From NCBI GenBank assembly GCA_047495785.1, contig JBLDXI010000055.1:372001-436000 (forward strand): DNA of 64,000 nt, in the 5' to 3' direction. Below are positions 25,682-37,205 of the stretch, piece by piece (positions within the stretch are counted from its first letter, which is position 1; the number at the start of each line of letters is the position of its first letter). Under the pieces are notes generated by a model. It searched no databases. It saw only the letters and a program-made list of their open reading frames with translations, and had not been told where the DNA came from. The DNA comes from Lepidodermella squamata. Its lineage: Eukaryota > Animalia > Gastrotricha. The position numbers were made by a program, and so were the translations under genes.

Positions 25682-27505
25682 CTATGGCTTCCCAAGTTGA
25701 GCCGATCGAAGGTATTTCGCTACTTGTTTGTAGCCAGCAGCTTTAACAGCTTTAACAGCCTCAAGTCTAGCGCCACGGCGACGATAGCCCTTGAATTTTT
25801 CGATCAAAAGCTTCACCACTTCGAGGTTGCCAAGTTTAGCCGCATTCATCAAAAGCGATTCACCGTCTTGATTTTTGAAGCTTTTGACCAGCTTGGGGTC
25901 TCTGGACAAGATTGCGTCAACAATGTTAACCTGGCTTTTCTTCACAGACCAGTCCAATACAACCTCCGCAAGATCATTTTTGAAGACGTCATCAATTTGC
26001 TCAAATATTTTTCTCCAGAGAATTTTCAGAAATTCACATGGTCTCATATATTTATCGTTATAGTCATCGTAAGGTATATCTTCCATCTGTTCATACGCTC
26101 GTTCGATGAACGCTTCAATAGTAGACTCGCCTCTGTAATCTGTGTGAAAGAGATTCGCGCCTCGTTTGATCAAGTAGTCCGCAATGTCCCATTCTTTGTG
26201 GTAAGCACTTGACATGAGAGGCGACATGCCCCAAGCTTCTTCCATTTCCAGCATGTCCGGATAATTATCGATAAAATATTGAACCATTTTGAGTTCTGAA
26301 CTTTCTATTGCGAGGTGAATAGTTTGTTTTCGGTATTCGCTGAACGAACTCACTGGACAGATTGCACTCAAATCCACACCGCGTTCTTCTACCAGGTATC
26401 TTACGATTTCAACCTGGCCGTTGTAGGTCGCATGATGAAGAGCTGTGCCGATCAGGCTATTACTGGCTCGGTAGTGCCTCACCAGGTATTCTTTGCAATC
26501 AGAAGGCAACAGATCACTCTCAAAATAAGACTTTACGGCGTTCAAATCGCCGTTATCAACAGCGTTGTAGAACCGCATTTTCTCAGTTGGGATGAAATCT
26601 GCGGCAGGTTTGAACGGTCCATTAGCGAATTCACTCTCGATAGAATTTTCAAGCCATCTCAACTGCAATTTAAAGAATAATTTTAAGAATATATTCAACA
26701 AATTCAATATAATTTAGTCTAACCTTTTCATCAAGTTCTATGATGGTGAAGTAAATATTGCAGGTGTATTCAAGGTTCGACTGAGATACATAAGCTAATT
26801 GGCTGACCAAAAATGAAACATCACAGCTAGAAATGTCTGATTCGCAAAATTTCGGCGGTGTTCTTGAAATGACTGAGTTACGCCTCTCCTCAAGCTATAT
26901 TAGAAAAATTAAAAATAATATAATTTCAAATAGCTTCTTAATCTTACATTATTAGCGAACCACATCGCCTGAAGCCGGATTTCTTCAGCGTGAACCACGG
27001 CGCAAACATCGCAGAATTGTTGGCTACAATGCGAACAAGTTGTCCATTTCTCCAACAGAGCAAAATGCACACATTGTGTTACCAAGCGCCTATGAACGCT
27101 ATGCAGGTTACAAGGCTTCAAACTCCGAGTTATGATTTGCCGCAGATGGTAATCGACAGGCAGTTGGTCGTTGCACCCTTTTACCATCGCGTTGTACTCG
27201 AAGCATTCCATGCATTTTACAAAATTTACGGGTTTACCGTGAATCATTTCTGTCCGCGTATGAAAGGCTCTCACCTTGATACACATCTCGCAGGCTTGGT
27301 GACCGCAAAATGGCAAAACCTTTGGGTTGTTCAAGATGCCATTGCAATCGGGACATTGCAGGAGCTTGTAAAAGCACAACAGAGCAATATAAGGGCTGCG
27401 AGCAAATTAAATTCATACCGTGAAAGAGCGATAGTCATCAATATCTTCTTTGTATTCGAGGGGGTAGGAAAACTTATATGACTCGAGCTTCTTTGTCAAA
27501 GTCAT
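25682..27505 (-). CDS. RING + B-box-like + helical + ankyrin-repeat protein (TRIM-like E3 ligase), copy A, 4 exons
   Basis: CPDC..NPKVLPFCGHQACEMC..CMEC RING, LPVDYHLRQI post-RING motif, CSHCSQQFCDVCAVVH. Phase-0 introns link through exon LEERRNSV..ELDEK to an ankyrin exon (GTALHHATYNGQVEIVRYLV). Confidence 0.8.
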
Positions 27506-28057
27506 TTCCTCCAACATAAACATAGTCAAATATTTCTATATGGCAGTATAAATCAAGATTCCTACAGAAGAAAGGTTTCAAGTTATTAAAAGATTATTTA
27601 GTTCCTTCAAAATCACGTTGTATAGGCATATCAGCTATTTTCATCACTTGCTACCTTTAAAACAACTGTAAAAACGAAAACTAAAACCGACTGCATAGGT
27701 AAATCGGAATTTTAAATGGAAAAAAATCAATAAATTCGCCCACGACTGCAACTTGCCCAAGGTCCAGGCATCAAAGGCAATTGTTAGTTTTCCGTTTTCA
27801 ATATAAATTCCTGTTAAATAATATTCTACTAAGTAGTTCAAAATTCGACAATAAACTCCAGATTTTAGAAAAATTGAGATTGCCAATGAAGAAAATATTG
27901 TTTTGTTTCTCAATTTTCCGCACGATTATTTACGGCAGGTGTCAGATTCTGAAGGCACGCGACAAAGTTTCATAAGCTTCATTTAAGCTTCGCCATTTTT
28001 CTTTGAATTAAGACAATTTTAAAATCACCAGGCATTTTAGAGTAAAATTTACCGTAC

Positions 28058-28421
28058 CGTGGTGTGGGGTAACTTGGCCGGAAATATGGTTTTTTGAACC
28101 TCTTACGTCTCCTTTAAATTTTACTTGTTTCGCTTTAAATTTTATACCAAAAAAATCTCCGTTAAATTCTCAATCGATTGGTCAAAACCCGGTCGACGAC
28201 CGATAAAATCAATCGATTCTGTGGAGGTTGAAGTGATCTTGACCAAGTGGGGTAACTTGGCCGGAGCGTGGGGTAACTTGGCCGCATGGCTATTTCACTT
28301 GGCGATGAACCATCTGACAGAAACTAGGGCGATGATTCATCACGCCCTCTCATGTCTAGGCCTCATTTTAGTGCGCATTTCGCACGTTAAAAATCGGCCA
28401 AGTTACCCCACAAAATGCAGG
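28058..28421. mobile_element. pogo/Tc1-type MITE with GGGGTAACTTGGCCG terminal and internal repeats; extra end-like copy near 28728-28742
   Basis: TA|CCGTGGTGTGGGGTAACTTGGCCG ... CGGCCAAGTTACCCCACAAAATGCAGG|TA; motif repeated twice at 28248-28285. Confidence 0.65.
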
Positions 28422-28897
28422 TAATTACCGCTCGCGATTGCGACATCAGTTTTCCGAGTTCAAGGTGTCATTTGAAAGATATCACCGAGAGGAATCTTTC
28501 TGTGAAATCGGCGTCTTCCTCCGATCCCAGAATTCCTTATTATAAATGCTCAAAATCTCAGCGCCTAAAATGAATGAGTTGGTACTGACCTTCCTTGTCA
28601 TTGAAAAAACGATTTTCGAATTAGGTAAAAAGGGAGTTGTAGCTCAGGTGGCAAGGAATGTTCCTATGAAAAAAATTTCGTGAAAAAGGTTTTTCTCGAT
28701 GTGATATCGACCAGAAGGCGACTTTTACGGCCAAGTTACCCCCTGGCGAAGCTACCCTTTCGTTCGTTATTATAGCATTTTATTTTGTCAATTATTACCA
28801 GCCTAATAGGTAAATTTTAAATCGAAGCATTATTCGCTTCACGTAGAGTGTCTCGATGCAGTTTTTTAACTAAATCGATCATTTCCATGTAAACAAG

Positions 28898-30723
28898 TTA
28901 AGCTTTCCCAAGTTGAGCCGATCGAAGGCATTTTGCTACTTTTTTGTGGCCAGCAGCTTTAGCAGCGTCTACAGCCTCAAGTCTAGCGCCACGACGATGA
29001 TGGGCCTTGAATTTTTCGGTCAAGAGCTTTACCAGTTCGATGTTGCCAAGTTTAGCCGCATTTGTCAAAAGCGATTCGCCCTGTTTATTTTTGAAGCTTT
29101 TGACCAGACTGGGGTCTCTCGACAAGATGGCGTCGGTAACTCTGATCTGGTTCTTTTTTACAGACCAATCCAAAACAACCTTCTCAAGTTGATGTATGAA
29201 AATGTTGTCAATTTGCTCGATTATCAGTCTCCATAGGATGTTCAAAAAGTCAGAAGCTCTCATGAATTCAACATCACTGTCCTCGAGGCTTTCATCTTCT
29301 ATCGATGAATACCCCAGTTCGAAGAATTCTCCAATGAGGGAGTCGCCTCCTTTATCTTTGTGGTACAGGTTGGCACCTCGTTTGATCAAGTAGTCCGCAA
29401 TGTCCCATTCGCGGTTGTAGGCGCATGACATGAGAGGCGACCAGCCGAAACTTTCCTCCAATTCCAGCATTTCCGGATAGTTATCGAGGAAATATTCAAC
29501 CATTTTGAGTTGCGATTCTTCGATTGCAATGTGTATTGCCAGTTTCCGGGCATCGTTTAGCGAACTCCGGGGACAAATTGCATTCAAATCCACACCACGT
29601 TCCTCTGCCAGGTATCTTACAATTTCAACCTGGCCGCTGTAGGTCGCATGATGAAGAGCTGTGCCGATCAGGCTATTACTGGCTCGGTAATGCCTCACAA
29701 GGTACTCTTTGCAATCAGTTGGCAACAGATCGCTCTCAAAGTAAGACTTCAGGGTGCTTAAGTCGCCGTTGTCAACTGCGTTGTAGAACCGCATTTGCTC
29801 AGTTGGGATGAAGTCTGGGACGTGTTTGAACGGTTTGACGAATTCATTTTCGATGGAATTTTCAAGCCATCTCAACTGAAATTAATAATGGATGTTCAAT
29901 AAATTCAATACAATTCCGGCTCACCTTTTCATCGAGTTCTATGATGGTGAGGTAGATTTTACAGGTGTATTCAAGATTCGACTGTGATGCATAAGCTAAT
30001 TGGCTGACTAATAATGAGATATCACAGCTAGAAATTCCAGAAATGTCAGATTCGCAAAACTTGGGAGGTATTGTTGTAATTCGGCGGATTGCTGAGTTAC
30101 GCCTCTCCTCGAGCTATATTAAAATTTTTCGAAATAATATAATTTTAAATGCCTTCTTAAAACCTTACATTAAAAGCGAACCACAGCGTCTGCAACCGGA
30201 TTTCTTCGGCGTGATACGCGGCGCAAACATCGCAAAATTTTTGGGAGCAATGAGAACAAGTTAACGAATTCTCTACCAAAGCGTGATGTATGCATTGTGT
30301 CGTCAAGCTTCTCTGTAGGAGGCGCGCTCTGCTAGGCTTCAGGCTGCGTGTGATGAGTTGTCGCAGATGATAATCAACAGGCAATTCTTCATCTCGTGTC
30401 ATCGCGCAGTACTCTTTGCATTGAGAGCAAAGAAAGTACCTGACAAGTTTCCCATGTATCATCTCTTTGGGCGAGTGGAAGAACCTTGACTCGATACAGG
30501 ATTCACAGGCTTGGTGACCACAGGTTGGCAAAATCTTTGGATTGTTCAAGACACCTTTGCATTCGGGACATTGCAAGAGCTTTTAATACAAAGTAATATA
30601 AGGCCTGCGAATAAAAATATCATGGCATCTCCTTACCGTGAAGGAACGATAATCGTCGATATCTTCCTCGTAATCGATTGGGTATGCAAATTTATATGAC
30701 TTCAGTCTCTTTACAACAGCCAT
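28898..30723 (-). CDS. RING + B-box-like + ankyrin protein, copy B (tandem paralog of copy A)
   Basis: Same 4-exon structure; start MAVVKRLKSYKFAYPIDYEEDIDDYRSFT; CPEC..CGHQACESC..CSQC; ankyrin ORF 28898-29875. Confidence 0.8.
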
Positions 30724-31263
30724 CTAACGTTATTAATGGTAAAAAAGGAATTCCTCGTATTGCAAAGCAGCCTCAAATAAATGGCAGGGTGGGTCGAGCG
30801 TTAGAAAAAATAAATGGCATGGCTTTTATAATTCTGGCAGAACGGTGATACGAATTCCAAGCAGTGTACAAGCATTTCAGAATCGCAGCTTTAACACTTT
30901 AACTGCCCAAATTACGGCAAAAGTACCGTTGCGGTCGTAACTTAGTAACGGTATTTCGTATCGACACTAAGTTTCGTTATTTCCTACCGAAACATTTTGT
31001 CGTAAAATAATTCCGTTAATTTATTTCGGCACTGTCGGCATTTAGTAACGGAACAAGCTAAAAAAACAACTCGCTTTTACTTGCTATTACCAACGTTATC
31101 AGAAATTGGCTCGGAATTATTGCCTTACTCTAAATGGCGTCACTTACATAGGAAACAGTTCTATATTTCCGAGTTAGGAGCAACAGTTCTCAATAGATTA
31201 CGCAACTACGGCGACAATTTCAATGGAGAATAGTTTTTGAATGATGTTGATTTTTAAATCGTT

Positions 31264-32390
31264 TCAATGGCTGCTCGGCTCACTTTTGACCCTTTTCCGA
31301 GTATTCACCGATGAGCGCGCAGCCGCTGCTGATCGTCGATGGTCAAGGGTTGCTTGGATGGCCGAATCAATCAGGTGATACAACTTGAACGATCCCTGAT
31401 AACGAGCAGCACCCCGAGCAGCCACCGCAAGCCGCATTTCTTCCGGGCACTGGGCCACAGAAACAAAGTTAGTGCCACTAAATCATCACATTTGTAGAAA
31501 TTACAAGATTTTTCTTCTTTTATAAAAGTAACCTTTCTTTGCAAATCCATATAAGCAGCGCTTTTGCATAATCGGCGATTTTGTCATGCGTACTAAATAT
31601 TAGCTCCTCCGTCTTGGCGTCAATTTCTACTTCTTTGCCATAAATCACGCCGAGTTTTATAGGTGGCTTGGGATTTTTCGGCTCGGGCTTCGGAGCTAGT
31701 GCAATAAGCGACGAATCACCACTTGAAATCGAAATAGTTGGAGACGCGGGCGCCGGATGCTTTCGAGCGATTGCCTCAGTGTGACGGACCTCATACCAGA
31801 CAATTTTATTGACGTGCCATTGCATCTTTTCGACCACATCGCTCAGAATCGTGATGATTTGGAACTGCGCTTGGAACTGACCGGGGCATATTTCCGCAAC
31901 CGATTTCGTAAGTGCCAGTTCGATTCGCTCTGCGCCATTAGCACTAAACAGGATGTAATCTGGGACTGGAGCTTGCTCGAACTCAGCTCGCGTGCCAGCC
32001 CTGGATAGATTTGCGGACGATTTTGCTCGACTCGTAGAGGGCTCATCGACTTCGAGTAAATCCGGATCGATTTGAAAGTCGGGGAAATCAGAAGCTGGTG
32101 GCGTAGCTCTCCTGCCTGCAGGTGCTTTCTGCGCAGTAGTTCGTTTACTTGAATTTTTGGTAGGAGTGTCTTGACGTGTCTTCTTCTCAGGAGTTTCTTT
32201 CCGCGTTGCTTTAGCAGAAGCTTCCTTTGCCTGTCGATTTTTTGTTCGACCTTTCGGCTCCGATTGCTTTGTTGCCGCCGCTTGGGCTCGCGATCGAGTT
32301 TCCGGGAGAGATTTGCGGGAACTGCCAATGGCACCATTTTCTTCTTCCTCGACGTCGTCCGCATCCTCGTTCTCGTCGTCATCGTCGTCG

Positions 32391-32422
<32 letters not shown>

Positions 32423-32930
32423 AGTCTCGTCCTCATCGGCCTCGGACACGCTTTCCATTTCCCCGGCTGGTATTGTCTTCCCGTATATGTCCTCTGCTGA
32501 AACTGACTACGATAAATGAATTAGCCATGGGCTATGGTTGCAGATCAAGATAGCTTACCTTGTTGGACTCGTCGCCGCTTTGGCCGCGGTTTTCGGACTC
32601 CATCGCTGCGCAGCAACGCCGGAAATCTTCGTTGTGAGAACCGTCATCTTTCAAGATCGATGGCCTTTCCTCCGTTAGGCGAACCAATCTAGTAGCGGCA
32701 AAGATGGTCTTGTCGAGGAATCCGTAGACAACAATCAATTTTCTTTTCTCAAAGTGATGGAAATTAGATCGATAAAATTGGTCGGGAATATCTTTGCTGT
32801 TTTTGAACGTAGCTGCGGGGTAATAAGAGCGTGTATGCAAGGTCCAGTTGGCGAAGCCTATTTGAGCAAACTTCGTTGGATCGGGGTGATAGTGATCCAA
32901 AGACACACTTTTGTCTTTGTGAAGTTTCAT
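31264..32930 (-). CDS. Transposon-borne second gene: PWWP-like N-terminus, poly-E/D tract, basic linker, BEN-like C-terminus; exons 32930-32559, 32506-31533, 31477-31264
   Basis: Three ORFs join in frame through 52-bp and 55-bp GT-AG introns (about 520 aa, no stops). Domain labels come from my pattern recognition only. Confidence 0.75.
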
Positions 32931-33120
32931 TTCAAAAAATAAATCTTATTCAAGCAATAAATTTCCGAAGAAATGGTTTCTCATGCTCATTTACTGAAAC
33001 GCAGCCTCAATTTATCGGAGCGCTGAGTTTTTCTCATCTCTAATTGATATCAATTCTACTCTCAACTCCCATTCATATAAGTTTTAAATTGGGCAGATCT
33101 TTTTGTTTGTTATCTTTCTA

Positions 33121-34411
33121 ATGGCTCCGGTTTGGCGTAATATAGGCCAGTCATTTCGGCCACGGCGATTTCCCTTCCGACCGACGCCACAATCTCCTGT
33201 AATACCCAACCCTTTCCAGCTCTTCTTGAAAATGGTCGACGCTAATAGACTGTTTCGGGATATTGCGTCGTGGACGAATGCTCATGCATCCGCAAATCGT
33301 TTCATATTCATGAGACCCACTTCGAGTAAGCCATCTCTCTATTCTTTAAATTTATCAAAATCATGATCATCTGGGAATAGGAAGGGCTCGGTGGCGACCA
33401 ACTAGCGCTCATGAAATTGCTGGATTTTTCGGTATCATCATGGATATGGGTTTCGAACATGGTTCGACAATCGAAGACTACTGGTCTACTCGGCGTCGTC
33501 GCCCTCGATTCATGTCGAGAAATCGATTTCAACTTCTACAGTCAACTGTCCGATTTTCTGAACCCAGGAGGGCGTTGATGAACGCGGGCGTAAATCGCCT
33601 AGCTTCAATTCAAGATTTGATTAATCGATTGAATCGGAGATTTCTTATGCTACGATCTGCCCCGCGTTGCTTGGTAATTGATGAATCTCTAATGAATTAT
33701 CGAGGAAAAGTTGTTTTTCGGCAATTCAACAAGTCAAAGCGCCACAAGTATGGAATCAAAATTTACAGGCTTTGCGATCCAACGGGCTACTGTTATCGTT
33801 TCGAAATATACACTGGAAAATCGAATAAGCGAAATGTAACAGCCAGGCTTTGCATGCGCCTTATGCGTCACCACCTCGACCGGGGTCATATCTTATTCAC
33901 TGACAACTATTTTACGTCCTATTTGCTTTCCCGAAAGCTATGGAAACGAAGCACACATCTTGTTGGGACCTTGCGTAAAAACAGAAACGGCAACCCTCAG
34001 GAACTCTTGCAGCGACGCATCGAACGCGGCGATCTGGCTGCTGCGACTGATGATCTCGGAACTTTGATTTTTCGGTTCTTTGATCGACGGGAAGTCATGT
34101 TTCTCTCAAATTTCCACCAAAATAAAAAATCCTTGGACCATTCGAAGCGTACAGGGCATCCCAGATTACTTCCAAAAGCGTTGATTGACTACAATCTCTG
34201 CAAATGCGGCATCGATAAACAAGACCAGATGGCTTCTTACCACTCGGCATTGCGGAAGTCGCGACGGTGGGAATTCAAAGTTGCCGTAGAACTGCTGCTG
34301 AACAGCGCTGTGGTCAACACGTGGTGTCTTTTGCGAAAAATGCCAGGTACAATGGATATTTCCATCAGAGATGTGAGAAAGCAGATCATCGAAGGGCTAA
34401 CTCGGCCCTAG
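33121..34411 (+). CDS. piggyBac DDD transposase (PGBD4-like); exons 33121-33325 and 33381-34411
   Basis: Spliced RWRPTSAHEIAGFFGIIMDMG, then MSRNRF, VIDESL, KRHKYGIK, FTDNYFTS, VGTLRKNR, YN..KCGIDKQDQ. All three catalytic Asp present. Confidence 0.95.
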
Positions 34412-35124
34412 TATCAATACCATTTATTCAAAAACCCAGCGTTGCGTGTCCCAAATGCTCAGCCAGGCTAATTTTTCTTGCTCTTGACATTTTCTTGTGG
34501 ATTTCGAATAAAAATAACGGTATTGTATGTAGAAAGTACCGGTAATTTTTAACGACACAAAATTCCGGTTGAAAATAACGAAACTTATGCCGATACGAAA
34601 TACCGTTACTAAGTTACGACCGCAACGGTACTTTTGCCGTAATTTGGGCAGTTAAAGTGTTAAAACTTAAAATTGACTTTAATCTTGCCTTACAAAAGGC
34701 ATCAGTTGGCACAAGGCACGTGCCAGCCACACATTTTTTACGCAAAAGTTCAGGATTGAATCCTCAGCTATTTTGTATTGTTATTTTCGGAATTCTTAAA
34801 AAATCCTAGAAAATCAGAAAAATCATCCAAGATCGCTACAAGTATCAGAATATAGACCTCAACTTAACCTATTTGGACCATGCAAAAGCTGGTTCAATAT
34901 CGGTCTAATTAATAATAAATAATTGCTTTAAATTAGAACACCAAAATAATTGTTTCATTATTTGATTACCTTATACTACTTACACCCCTTTCCAGCAAAA
35001 AAGTTCATCTGATTTGGCAGACAATTTATTTTTCCGATTTTACGTGTCAATTTCCGCCTCGGTATACATGCGATCGAATGAATCGAATAATAAGACCAAT
35101 CATCAATACTCAGTTCATCAATAC

Positions 35125-37205
35125 TCAGGTATTACTCGCTTCACGTAGAGTGTCTCGAAGCAGTTTTTTAACTAATTTGCTATTAGCAGAGAGCGTAATT
35201 GCCGTCGCGCCATTCTTCGCCTTGACCGATATACCACTCGGCAGACCAGCTCGTCGAGCCGCTGTCAACAACAACCGAACCATATCGTCGTCGCCGTTCT
35301 TCGCAGCGTACATCAAAGCAGTCATGCCGCTGTCGTCGCGCAGGCTCAGATCGGCGCCATGGTCGATCAGAATTTCAGCCGTTTGTAAATGCCGATGTTC
35401 AGCTGCGGTGATCAGCGGAGATTTCAGCGAGTTGTCGCACTCATTAACCCCAGTGCCGTATTCCATCAGCAGTTGCGCAATATCAGCAGCCCCGTTTTCG
35501 GCCGCTTTGATCAGTGGTGTGCGGCCTTTCATGACAGTTTTCATGCTGACATCAGCGCCGTATTCCAACATAACTCGAACAAATTCGATCATGTAAGACG
35601 CGCTCGATGCGTATGTTAATGGTGTCATTCCGTTGCTGCAATGAAAATTGATATCAGCGCCTCGTTTTAGTAGCACCAGCAAATTCCCAACGGTTCTTTT
35701 GTTATCAGCCGATCCAAGTAGCAGCATCAGCGGCTCAGAAAGATATCCGGTACACTGTAGAGACATTCATAGTAAAATAGGGAGAAGAATCGAACTTCTC
35801 ACTCACCCTTGCAATAGATTTAGACACCCTTCGAGGTTTAGGGGTTGGTGCCGTAGAGGTTGCGACTGTACAGTATAGAATGGCTTCCATAGTACGATCA
35901 ACAATCTTAAGTAAATTTAAACATTTGAAAATTTAAATATTCTCAAATAGCTCCTTTACCTCCGTTCTGTCCTCCGTTTGTACCACGGCTGAGTCATTCT
36001 GGAGTGGGAACTTTGGTCAACAAAAATTTACCATACGATGAATAAGTACAATTACATTTATATTCTCTATTGCTGCTTTCTCTGTAATTTCGGCCGCGGA
36101 CTCGTTTTGCGCACAGCCAGGCTAATATTAGAATAATTGACATTTCGATTTCTTGAAATGCTATTTTTACCTCGTTCAATGAGTTGACATTATATGGGGA
36201 AATACGTTCCTATAAAAAATGAATGAAAATTACTTTAATTTAATTAGGTCATCATACCCTGGCGAGTGAGGCCAAATGCGCTTCCAATTCGGCGATTTTC
36301 GAAAGACTCTTCTCAAGCTCCTAGGATAGAGATCAAAATTATACATTTTTTTCAGCAGAACTTTTTCAAGAACCTTGGACTTGCATTCCAGATCTTTTTG
36401 TAGTTCCGTTTCCCGAATCATAACTTTGTTAAGTTCCTGTAATCCAGGCAAGTTAGGAATTAAATTAGATTCGAAGCTCGAGAAAATAGGTACCTTCAAA
36501 GCATCTTCCAATTGATCCTGTAACAGCATATTTGACTTCCTGGCTTCTTGAAGCGCCCATGAGTTTATTTCTAAGTCTTCTTCCAAGCCCTGCGGATGAA
36601 GAAGTTTAAGGCATTACAGCAAAACTTCACGACAATATTGTTACTTCAATTCGATCGCCTAGTCGTTTTTCTACTTCTTCGAGTTCCTGCAACATAGTCA
36701 AATCACGCAGTTATACGAAAAATGTGTGAAAAACAGCAGATAGTAAGAAGAACATTCTACTAAACTGCTTCGAAATGATTTTTTAGTGTATATCAGAGCT
36801 GTGAAAGAGCGAAATATGCAGCGTGTTAGTTGCACAGATGTGTGAAAACTTGTAATAAGCTATGGGGTTTGCAATTTTACCGGCTATAATTTTACCTGGT
36901 ATTTTTCGCCAAGCTTCGCTTGCAGGCGCATATAAGCCCTACCCATATTGGCGCCTTTAGTCGGCGTCTTTAACACTCAATAACACTGATAATAAGGCTT
37001 CTCAGATATTGAAAAAACTCATATCTTACCGGTTCTTCGCTGAATAGATATGGTTCAGAGAAGCCACGCTGGCAGCTTTCTTGTTGCGATTTCGGTAGGG
37101 AATTGGTTGACTGGTCAAAATAATACATTTAAATGAGAAATTAATTCAATTAGAATAACTCACCCCGGTGAGCCTGGCGCTCGCCCCGGCAGCACCACCA
37201 GTCAT
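35125..37205 (-). CDS. Coiled-coil + ankyrin-repeat protein (array gene A), many short 5' exons
   Basis: Terminal ankyrin exon (GMTPLTYA, GRTPLIKA, GMTALMYA); upstream short GT-AG exons encode helical segments. Start position uncertain. Confidence 0.7.

Larger units (their letters stand above)
30895..34659. mobile_element. Full-length piggyBac-superfamily transposon (3765 bp) carrying two divergent genes
   Basis: TTAA at 30891-30894 and 34660-34663; 69-bp perfect TIR starting CACTTTAACTGCCCAAATTACGG, imperfect to about 120 bp; internal transposase. Confidence 0.95.

Noticed and set aside
28248-28285. Short spaced repeats resembling CRISPR
   Set aside because: Eukaryotic context, irregular spacing, inverted copies; explained by a MITE.
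31843-32553. Alternative-frame Arg/Ser-rich ORFs in the cargo gene
   Set aside because: Frame shadows of the poly-E/D codons.
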